64,000 bases of DNA from Octopus vulgaris (lineage: Eukaryota): positions 61,690,001 to 61,754,000 of the forward strand of contig OX597833.1 in NCBI GenBank assembly GCA_951406725.2, in the 5' to 3' direction. The notes under the pieces were generated by a model, which saw nothing but the letters and a program-made list of their open reading frames with translations, was not told the DNA's origin and ran no database searches. Of this stretch, positions 25,737-38,100 are shown piece after piece (position 1 is the first letter of the stretch; every line of letters begins with the position of its first letter). The translations under genes and the position numbers were made by a program.

Positions 25737-27770
25737 ATGTTTGTGTGTCTGTTTGTCCCCCCAGTATCGCTTGATAACCGAAGTTAGTGTGTTTACGTCC
25801 CTGTAACTTAGCGGTTCGGCAAAAGAGACCGATAGAATAAGTACTAGGTTTACAAAGAATAAGTCCTGGGGTCGATTTGCTCGACTTAAAGGCAGTGCTC
25901 CAGCATGGCCACAGTCAATTGACTGAAGCAAGTAAAAGAGTATATATAGAGATAGATATATATACACCTACATAAAAAATCCCCCTTCCATCATGAATGA
26001 CCATGGGAAATTCATCTAGGAAGTTCCCCTCTGAAACACATATCCAGGCAAGATTGCTTATGGAAGGCAAGCAGTTTTCCATGCATACCAGCCTCCCCTC
26101 TCCGTGCCACTGGTGTTATTCAAAGGGAAATGCCAATACAGGTTGGCACCAGTGATGTCGCAACTCATTTCTACAGATGAGTGAACTGGAGCTATGTGAA
26201 ATAAAGAGTCTTGTTCAAGAACACAACACACAGCCCAGCCTGGGAATTGAACTCACTACCTCATGAATGTAAGTCCAATGCTCTAACCACTGAGCCATGT
26301 GTCTTCACCTATATATACACCTACATATATACCTACACGTGGAGGCACAATGGCCCAGTGGTTAGGGCAGCGGACTCGCGGTCGTAGGATCGCAGTTTCG
26401 ATTCCCAGACCGGGTGTTGTGAGTGTTTATTGAGCGAAAACACCTAAAGCTCCACGAGGCTCCGGCAGGGGATGGTGGCGATCCCTGCTGTACTCTTTCA
26501 CCACAACTTTCTCTCACTCTTTCTCCTGTTGGCCTGCTCGCTTAGCCAGCGGGGTGGCCTCATTTGAAGGCTAAAACAATGTGAAGCGCATTGTGACCAG
26601 CGATGTGTAACAACATCTGATGGCCTGGTCGGTAACGGTGACGGTGATATACCTACATATATAGCATGATATTTCACTGTTGTATACTTGTGTCCCATAA
26701 TCAAATATGCAGTTATGCTGACTTTGTTTTTTGTAATTGATTATTATTTTGTTAATTAACAGAATCCTGATTGTTGACTGGGATGTTCATCATGGCCAGG
26801 CCACACAGTACAGTTACTATGACGATCCGCGGTAAGTAACAACAGAAAGATTGATTTACTGTTTCTTGTTTAACCCTAGGTCTGCCCTCATCCAGCAGAC
26901 CATTGACCAGTGACATTTTTAGGTGTAACTGTCACACCTCATGGTGTATTATATAACTTTTTCTAAAAATATTAGGATATGAAGTGGAGGAAATTTGGCT
27001 GCTATTTCTAGCAGGTTGAGTGACCATGTTGAGAAATTAAAGTGAACCTCTTTTTGCCCAGCTTGTTTGAATTAAAACTTTTGTTTGTCAGAGACATGGC
27101 TGTGTGGTTAAAATGTTTGAATTGCAGCCCTATGGTTTCAAGTTCAGTTCCATTGGCTGATATTTTTCATGGCACCAGCTAAAGTGAGATCACCAAATAA
27201 CTCACAACTTTGCAATATTTGTTCCCACCCTCTCTGTTCTGAGTTCAAATCTTATTACGGTCAAGTATTTCTTTTGTCCATTTGAGGTCAATAAAATTTA
27301 TACCAATTTTGTTGTGGGTATCACTTTAAGCTGTATCTAGTGGTGGAGCCCTGGTTCAGGAATTCCTGAGTTTTGAGAAGTATGGGAGCATTTCTTAGAT
27401 ACACACATTCACACACATACAGATACACATATTCGCACAAACATGCACACACATACACACACACACACAGATACCCCCCTACACGCAAACACAATGATGT
27501 AATCTTTACATCTTCTTTACTAATTTTTTATATTTCTTCATTCATTTACACATCCATACATACACATACAAGTTCATATATACATGTACACACATTGATG
27601 TAATCCCTTTTGCTCATACATACACACATACACACTCAAACACACACACACACACACATACAAACATTGATGTAATTTTGTCTCGTTGTTCTTCTACGTG
27701 TGTCTTATATATATATCAATTTTAATCAACATGGATATTCACATACACATGCACACATACACACACACAT

Positions 27771-27814
<44 letters not shown>

Positions 27815-29117
27815 TAGTATAACCCTGTCTCCTTGTCTTCTTCTACCAGTGTCTTATACTTCTCTATCCACCGTTACCAAAATGGACAATTCTGGCCCTG
27901 TTTACGACAATCTGACTACGACTTCGTAGGGAAAGGTCCTGGGCTTGGCTTTAACATCAATGTTCCTTTAAACAAGGTAAGGATCATCATCATTATCATC
28001 ATTACTGTATTCATCATCAAGGCGGCGAGCTGGCAGAATCGTTAGCACACTGGGCGAAATGCTTAGCGGTATTTCGTCTGTCTTTACGTTCTGAGTTCAA
28101 ATTCCGCCAAGGTTGACTTTGCCTCTCGGGGTCGATAAATTAAGTACCATTTACTCACTGGGGTCAATGTAATCGACTTGATCCCTTTGTCTGTCCTTGT
28201 TTTTGCCCTCTATTTTTAGCCCCTTGTGGGCAATAAAGAAATAAGAACCGTTAGCACACCGGGCGAAATGCTTAGCGGTATTTCATCTATCTTCACATTC
28301 TGAGTTCAAATTCTGCCGAGGTCAACTTTGTATTTCATCCTTACATGGTCAATAAATTAAGTACCAGTCAAGTACTGGGGTTAATGTAATTGACTCATCC
28401 CCTCCCTCAAAACAGAAAATTGTGGTGAAAGAGTACAGCAGGGATCACCACCACCCCCTGCTGGAGCCTCGTGGTTCTTTAGGTGTTTTCGCTCAATAAA
28501 CACTCACAATGCCCGGTCTGGGAATCGAAACTGCGATCCTACGACCGCGAGTCCACTGCCCTAACCACTGGGCCTTTGCGACTCCACTCATCCTATACAT
28601 ACCTGTATATACACAGTATTTACAATTTATACACAGCTTTATACACCCCTGTAGATTTCCATATACACCTCTATGCACACTGCATTTACCTATATAAATG
28701 CATGTTGTTTACTCTTTATGCACCCTGTTCTTTGTACCTCTTTGCTCCTCTGTATACACCTCTTTACACTCTATATACGTATTCTAGAACACTGGTATGT
28801 TCTTTATTTCCAGATTGGATTAACAGAATCAGATTATCTTGCCATCTTCCATCATATTTTAATGCCAGTTGCCTATGAGGTAAGCTATCACTCATTTCAA
28901 GTCCTTGTCTCTTTGAATATATACTCTTTTACTTGTTTCAGTCATTTGACTGTGGCCATTTGACTGCGGCCTTTAATCGAGCAACTCGACCCCGGGACAT
29001 ATTCTTTTGTAAGCCCAGTACTTATTATATCAGTCTCTTTTGCCGAACTGCTAAGTAACGGGGACATAAAAACACCAGCATCGGTTGTCAAGCACAGACA
29101 CACAAACACACACACGC

Positions 29118-29148
<31 letters not shown>

Positions 29149-29163
29149 CATATATATATATAC

Positions 29164-29227
<64 letters not shown>

Positions 29228-31798
29228 CATATATATATATACATATATATATATACATATATACGACGGGCTTCTTTCAGTTTCCGTCTACCAAATCCAC
29301 TCACAAGGCTTTGGTCGGCCCGAGGCTATAGTAGAAGACACTTGCTCAAGGTGCCACGCAGTGGGACTGAACCCTGAACCATGTGGTTGGTAAACAAGCT
29401 ACTTACCACACAGCCACTCCTAAATATATGTACTGGTCAACTAACAGGGTATACATTGCAGGTTGACCGACAGGGTATGTATGTATCTGTCTATCTATCA
29501 TTATATATATATTCTTTTATTCTTTTACTTGTTTCAGTCGTTTTGACTGCAGCCATGCTGGAGCACTGCCTTTTCTTGAACAAATCAACCCCAGGACTTT
29601 TTCTTTGTAAGCCCAGTACTTATTCTATCAGTTTCTTTTGCCGAACTGCTAAGTTTCAGGGATGTAAACAAAAACTCAAAAATGCACGCTGGACAAAATG
29701 CTTAGCAGTATTTTGGCCATCATCACATTCTGAGATCAAATTCCGTCAAGGTCAACCTTGCCTTTCATCCTTTTGGGGTTGATAAATTAAGTACCAGTCA
29801 ATTTCTGGGGCTGATGTAATCAATAATTTCAGGCCTTGTGCCTATAGTAGAAAGGATTTTATTTCTGCTTCTCACAGAAATATTGTTATAAATGCCTTAA
29901 ACTTCATACGAACATAGTCCATCTAATAATTATACTTAAGGTGTTGCACTTTGAAGTAATGCTTTAAATTAAAGTCGTTTTAAAAGCAATGCATGTCTAT
30001 GTCCATATTCATTTTGCATGCACCCATGCAGATGCATACATATCTCAATATGCACACACAATGCACTCATATATATGTTACTTAAACAACAATGTATTTT
30101 CCATAAGTATGGTTGACAGAGCGGCTAACCGGCTTCCGTGCCAGTGGCACATAAAAGGCACCATTCGAGTGTGATCATCACCAGCTTCGCCTTACTGGCA
30201 CTCGAGCCCTGTGCTAGTAGGGTACCAAGAGCACCATCCGAGTGTGATTGTTGCCAGAGCGGCCAACTGGCTTCCGTGCCAGTGGCACGTAAAAGACACC
30301 ATTCGAGCGGGATCGTTACCCGCATCGCCTTACTGGCACCTGTGCCATTGCCATATGTAAAAAGATTCGAGCAAGGTCGTTGCCAGTACCGCCCGACTGG
30401 CCTCCATGCCGGTGGCACATTAAAAGCACCCACTACACTCTCGGAGCGGTTGGCGTTAGGAAGGGCATCCAGCTGTAGAAACACTGCCAGATCAATATTG
30501 GAGCCTGGTGCAGCCATCTGGTTCGCCAGTCCTCAGTCAAATTGTCCAACACATGCTAGCATGGAAAATGGACGTTAAACGATGATGATGAATGCACTCA
30601 TATATATGTTACTTAAACAACAATGTATTTTCCATGAGTATGCTTATTTGATTGACTATGCTCATATGAAGATTTAGACGTTTATCATGTTACCACAAAA
30701 AACAGGAATGGAACTAAAATCGTGAGCGTGAAGGCAGCCATTTTCGCATGTGTTGTTCAGAAAGGTATTCAAACAGAACACAAAGATAAGAGTTTTCTTC
30801 AAACTTTCATTTCATATTACAAAAACACATTCAAACACTGAATATTTTAAAAGAAAAGCAGGCTTGGTTTTTGCCAGTTGATGATTAGAAACGAGAAATT
30901 CTCTTTACTGGAAATTGGGGGTCTTTCAGTTTTAACCCTTTCGTTACCAGCCCAGCTGAAACCGGCTCTGGTTCTGAGTACAAATGTCTTGTTTTCATAA
31001 GTTTTGAATTAAAATCTTCCACCAAACCTTAGTCACAATTTATGTTCCTAACACTAGCTGAATAAGTTATTTTACTAAATTCTTTCTTATATTTAAAGTA
31101 ATTGAAAGAAACACAGAGCATCTCAAAATAATACGGTAACGAAAGGGTTAATGTATTAAAGATTATTCTACATTTGTATTGTATCCCAAAATTTATTGTT
31201 TATAGTGAATCAACTGAGATTTATATTTACTGTTATATATTTTATGTGTGTTCGTGTTGATATTTTTCTAGCCTTATCATTTAAGGTCTAAGGAGGATAA
31301 CTCTTACTGTTATTAGTTGTTAATTTTTACTTTTTCGTTTTCCATTTTTTAACCTTCCACGTTTTCTATATGCTTCCTTCTCAACTGTTCACATTTCTTC
31401 TCCAATTCAATTTTTAGTTTGTTATGATATGTAGTTTGTGATGAATATGTTTGAGGTATTTCTCAAACATATAATACTATTAGTTGCACATAAAAACATG
31501 TATTATATCTATTAAATAATATTTATCTCTCACCAGGTGGAGTACTTTTTTGTTGATCTTACTATCACAGAACAATACATTATATATATATATATATATA
31601 AACGTTATCTTCTCCATTTTCTTCTTTGCCTTATAAATTCTGGGAAAAGTTTTTTTTTACCTCCACTCATACCTATTATTCAATTGCACTATTGCCTTAC
31701 AACAGTAAGCATTTGGATATAAATACATAGGTATACATCCAGTAGTATATAGGAAATTTATTATCCCTCAGATGGTTGTTTAACCTCTAACTCATACA

Positions 31799-31834
<36 letters not shown>

Positions 31835-32111
31835 CAAAATAAGCAACAAGTATATCTTGGGTAATTTGGTACGATCGTTTCATGCTACTTTTAAGTATTA
31901 CATCAGTTTTAAAATGTTGAGCAATCTTCAGCCATTTATAGAAGTCTTTCATCAAACGGACAATACACATACTTATTTTCATTTCGTTTGCCAACATTGT
32001 TGCTTATTTTGATTATAATCACCCCATGGATTTATATGGATAATACCATACAAAATTCTGGTGCCTCTGACTTAAGTACCGTATTCATCTGAATCTAAAT
32101 TTTGCTGAACT

Positions 32112-32149
<38 letters not shown>

Positions 32150-35100
32150 ACTTAGATTTCAGGCAGTATAGGCCCAGGCCATGTCTAACTTAATAGCACC
32201 ACTGATTAATTAAGTTCTTAATTATTTTCAACATTTATTGAAGCAAAGGCAGTATATTTCAACAGAAATATGGTAAAAGAATATGAGAGAAATATGGTAA
32301 AAAAAGAAAGCGGTTAAATCTAGAATGGTTTTTCCATGGTCTAAACTCTTTAGTTTTTCCCCTTGATATTCTCTAACCAAACTACTTGCTGAGAAAGACA
32401 AGTGCAACACTGAAATATAAATAAATGTTATTGATGACCAAACTTGTATAATTAATGTAATTATTTTCTGCTTGTTTGTTTGTTTTAATTCTGTGTACAT
32501 TTGTTATATTGTGATGTTCGATTTCAGTTTGATCCTCAATTGGTTTTAATATCCTCTGGTTATGATGCAGCCCTTGGATGTCCTGAGGTATGCTGTTGAG
32601 TCATCTGCTCATCATTAAAACCTTCTCTCTGTATATATCTTACTCAGCTAAACATCAGTAATAACTATTATTAAAGAAGATTAATGTATTACATACATGC
32701 ATACATACATATTTACATACATACATACATTTATATATCTAGAGTGTGCAGTGAATAAACTGTCGTCTAAATTATGCAAAAATGAAAATAACACATCTCA
32801 TTTTAACAGATATATTTATCAAAATTACATAAAAATATCTTGAAATACTAAAGAATAAATTTATTCAATAAAATCGCCATTGGCTTCAACCACGACCTCC
32901 AGATGACTTCAGAATCTCCTGCAACTCTTCTGAATGGTCTCCTTGTTTAAGTTGGTGAATGTTGCCATAATCCTTGCCTTCAGTTCATCTTTGGTGTTAC
33001 AAGGAGTTTTATTGGTCTCTCACTCAACTATGCCCCACACATAATAATCAAGGGGGATGCAGTGTGGGGAGTTAGGTAGCTAGATGTTAGGGGTGAGGTG
33101 GTTGTAGAAATTGTCTGATATCCATGACTTGGTTCTCCTGCTTGTGTGGCATGGTGCAGAGTCCTGTTGCCAGACTTAGGGTCTTCCAGCAGCCGCCCTC
33201 TTAACTCAGTACAGCATTACCTCCTCCAGTCACTTGATGTAAGCCTCCGTGTTGTGTCTGAGGCCATGTGGGAAGATGAATGTAGGAATAATGTTGCCAT
33301 CACTAGTGATCACTCCAAACACCATGATGTGGACTGGCTGTATGGTTTTTATCACTCTCAGTATATGTTTTAGGGACATGGTCAGCCAACAGTTGTTCTG
33401 TGTTCACTATCCATTTGTATTGGAGTTTCTGGTGTGAATGTCATGCAGTACAGCATGTCGTTTCCAAATCTCTGGCAGACTGAATTGCGCCATGGTGCTG
33501 TTTTTCTCACAGAAGGTTCTCAACTGATCCTACTATACTGTGTAGTTGACAAAATCAAAAAACAAACAATGCACATGCATGAAATTAAAAATATAATATG
33601 GCGACAATTTACCCATCACATATATTTATGTATACCTTCCATTGATAAAAGCCAGCTTGCTTGAAACATTGATGTCTGGGAGTCCTAATAGATGGCAACA
33701 CCAAACAAATAGGGTGTTTTCATACCTTTTTACCAGGAGAAAAATATTTTCTCTGCGGTAACTGCAATGAATTTGCCTTTTAGCAGTTGAAATATATCAC
33801 AAACATTTTAACTAATCTAAACTTTGCTTACATCTAAACACAGCTTTGTGCTAATATTTCGTTATTTTTTATGACTGGGTGATCCACCAGTGCAAATCAG
33901 TCAATGCTGTTGACTGTATTTTACATAAAGCCATTGCTTTATAAGATTTGTTCAAAGTTGCTTCTCATAGGTACCCTCCATTGATAAATACAAACTGGCT
34001 TGACACATCAATGTCTGGGAGTCCTAATATATGGTAACACTGAACAAATAAGGTGTTTTCACACCTTTTTACCATAAGAGAAATATTTTTCTTTATGGTA
34101 ACTGCAGTGAATTTACTTTTTAGCAGTTGAAATATGCCACAAACATATTTTAACTAACCTAAACTTTGCTTATACCTAAACACTGCTTGGCACTAATATT
34201 TGTATATCTATATTAAATTCAAATTATGATGAACGTAAACTAACAAACAAAGCGTTGAGATGTCTTAGAAAGTTAAAGAAGTAATTTTAAATTCTTAAAT
34301 GCAGGATGATGCTAATAATATAGCGTGAACAGGATAAGCTTCCCCTATTTTGCAGAAAAAAGTGTTGCTGGCCGGCTATGAGACATGAACTCACACCTCC
34401 GTGATTACGCATCGCGGTGCTCTAAACCATTAATCTAAACCACACCACAAATTCTTCCACAAGTTTAAGATATATAGAAATCTCAATGAACATAAACAAA
34501 CAAATGAAGTTTGCTTTAGAAGCGTTGAGATGTCTTAGAAAGTTAAAGAAGTGATTTTAAATTCTCAAACGCAGGATAATGCTAATAATATAGCCTGAAC
34601 AGGTTAAGCTACCCCTATTTTGCAGAAAAAGTGTTGGTGGCCGGCTATGAGACATGAACTCACACTTCTGTGATTACGCGTCGTAGTGCTCTGAACCATT
34701 AATCTAAACCACACCACAAATTCTTCTGCAAATTTTAAGATATATAGAAATCTCGCTTTATGAGACACTATCATACGTTAAATTCAAATTACGACGAACG
34801 TAATCAAACAAACAAAGTTTGCTTTAGAAGCGTTGAGATGTCTTAGAAAGTTAAAGAAGTGATTTTAAATTCTTAAACGGAGGATAATGCTAATAATGCT
34901 ATTAGCCTGAACGGGATAAGCTACCCCTATTTTGCAGAAAAAAGTGTTGGCAGCCGGCTTATTCAGTTATCTATGTAGCTTGGTGGGATGGTGGACTTGG
35001 TAGGTAGCGCAGTGGACTGAATGCCTTGTCTTGTAGCATTTTCCATTTGTTGTGTTTTGTGATCAAGTCTTTGTAACTAACAGTCAGTAATATTAACTAT

Positions 35101-38100
35101 CACCATTTTGTCACTTATTACCACCACCACCATTATTGTCATCACCACCACACAACTACCACAACCTCTAGTTCCAATACCACCACCACAACCTCTAGTT
35201 GTAACACCACCCCTACCATCATCACTAACACCACCACCACCACCATCACAACAACCTCCAATCTCCTCACCATCCTCAATAACACCACCACTACCACAAC
35301 CTCTAGTTTCAAAACCACCAGCACCGCTGTCATTGCTAACACTACCACCAAAACCTCTAGTTGTAACACCACCCCTACCGTCATCACTAACACCACCACC
35401 ACCACCACCATCACAACCTCCAATCCCCTCCACCCATCATTGCTAACACCACCACCACCACCACAACCTCTAGTTGTAACACCACCCCTACCGGCATCAC
35501 TAACACCACCACCACCATCACAACAACCTCCAATACCTCCCACCATCCTCACTAACACCACCACTACCACAACCTCTAGTTCCAACACCACCACCCCTAC
35601 CGTCATCACTAACACCACCACCACCATCACAACAACCTCCAGTTCCCCCCACCCATCATTGCTAACATCACAGCCTCTAGTTCCAGCAGCACCAGCACCA
35701 CCACTGTGAACATCACCACTACCACCACCAACCTTGACTATCTTCTACTACCACTACAGTTACCATACTTTGCCTCTCGTCATTCTAGGCTTGTTAAAAT
35801 AACGTACCTGTCATATACTGGGGCAGTCCAGTGTACCAATCACTCCTACCTCTCCTTAAATTAGCCTGCTTTGCGTCTAAATCAGAAACAATTATCATTT
35901 AAGGGCAACGAACTGGCAGAATTGTTAGCGTTGGGAAAAAATGCAATGTCTCCTCCGACTCATTATGTTGTGAGTTCAAATTCCGCAGGGTAATTTCTGC
36001 CTTTCATCCACCGAGGTCGACGTTACCTTTTTATCCTTTCGAGGTCGATAAATTAAGTACCAGTGAAATACTGGGGGTCGATGTAATCAACTAGTCCCCC
36101 CCCCCAAAAAAAAAAAATTTCGGGCTTTGTGCCTATATTAGAAAGGATTATTATTATTATTATTATTGGGTGAGAGAGCAGTACATGCCATCAAAGCGAC
36201 TTTGGCGTTTGGGTTGTACAAATATACAAAGCCCTATATATTTATCAAGACTGCTCATTTGATAAGGGTACACCAAGCACATACATCACAACCATATGTG
36301 TGTGACATGGTACGTGACATGAAGTTAAACAACACATGGCATCATTATTATTATTAGCCTCGCCTGGCCCCTGTGCCAGTGGCACGTAAAAAGCACCATC
36401 CGACGGTGGCCTTTTGCCAGCCTCGCCTGGCACCTGTGCTGGTGGCACGTAAAAAGCACCCACTACACTCTCGGAGTGGTTGGCGTTAGGAAGGGCATCC
36501 AGCTGTAGAAACACTGCCAGATAAGACTGGAGCCTGGTGCAGCCTCCTGGCTTCCCAGAACCCGGTCGAACCCTCCAAACCATGCTAGCATGGAAAACGG
36601 GCGTTAAACGATGATGATGATCATCATCATTTTCGTTATTATTATTATTATTATTATTAATATTATTATTATTGAGTGAGAGAGCAGTGCATGCCATCAA
36701 AGTGACACTGGGGTAAAATATACGAAGCCCAATATACCCATCATGACTACCCGTCTGATAAAGGTACACCAGGCACATGCATCACAACCATATGTGTGCG
36801 ACATGGTGATCTCATATCAAGATAAACAGCACATGACCTTGCAGGTGGGGCCCAGTTAGAATTTTCTTCAGGTTGAGTAGCCCATCCCGCTCAAAAGGTC
36901 CCTGAATAAGGGTTGTTTAAGGATGTTGAAAGAACCACCCATGTTTCCAGAGGTGAATTATTCAAACCCCAAAGAACCCCTCTCAACACATGTCTATGAT
37001 GCTCCCCCACTACTTCTGCTCGTGATCAGAGATGCACATATCGTCAGCCACTAAGGGACATGCTCAACTGGTTAAAGTCAAACAACTGAGAAGCAAATCT
37101 GTGGTATTGAGCAGAATATTTGCTGTAGCCCATCTTTTATACCAAGACAAAACATTATTATTATTATTACTATTATTATTATTATTATTATTGCGGTGGC
37201 ATGGCAGAAATATTAAGGACTATTTTTACCATTTAAGCATTTCTCAGGATCCATTTGAGGTAACTTGCAGCACAACCCAGAGATTTTGAGGTCAACACAA
37301 TCAAAAACTTCCCAATATATTCACCAATATTCAAATTTTCAGTTTCTTTCTGTTCCTTTTTTGGCTTCTAGTTCAATCCTCAGCTTGTCCTCATCTCTGC
37401 GGGATTTGATTCAGCATTTGGTGACATCAAGGTACTGTGTGCTAATGTCCTCTTCCTTTTACTCAATCCCTTCCTCACTGTTCTGACAAGTAAGGTGAAG
37501 TCCCCTTTTTTTGCAGAGGAAATACTATGGATGATGATGATGATGACAACGATGATGGAAATGGTGGTGGTGGTGGTGGTGGTACTAATGGCAGTAAAGG
37601 TGATGGTGATGTTAGTGATGACGATTGTGATAGTTGTGGTGGTGGTGATGGTAGCAATGATGTTGATATGATGATGGTGATGGTGATGACGACGATGGAA
37701 ATGGTGGTGGTGGTGGTGGTGATGGTAGTATTAATGGCAGTAAGGGTGATGGTGATGATTGCGATGGTTGTGGTGGTGGTGATGGTGGTCTTAGTGATGA
37801 TGATGATGATAGTGGTGGCAGTGGTGGTGGTGGTGTTGATGATGATGATGGTAATGGCGATGATGATAGTGATGATGATAATGGTGTTGTTAATAAATTA
37901 ATGTCTAAAACACTACAATCTTTCGGTATTGGTCTCATGTCTCTCAATCATCTTTGGAATTGGTTTTTACCGATATACAGAGAGTATGCTAATATGCTTG
38001 TGTTCTTCAGACATTCACTTCACAATCGCATAACATTTCATCTCACTACAAGACACGTTTGCTAACTGTCTTTTTTCTATAGCCTTCTGCTTACCAAAAT

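Noticed and set aside
26341-26415. tRNA genes at SINE heads
   Set aside because: A/B boxes are followed by shared SINE bodies in many diverged copies; no clean cloverleaf.
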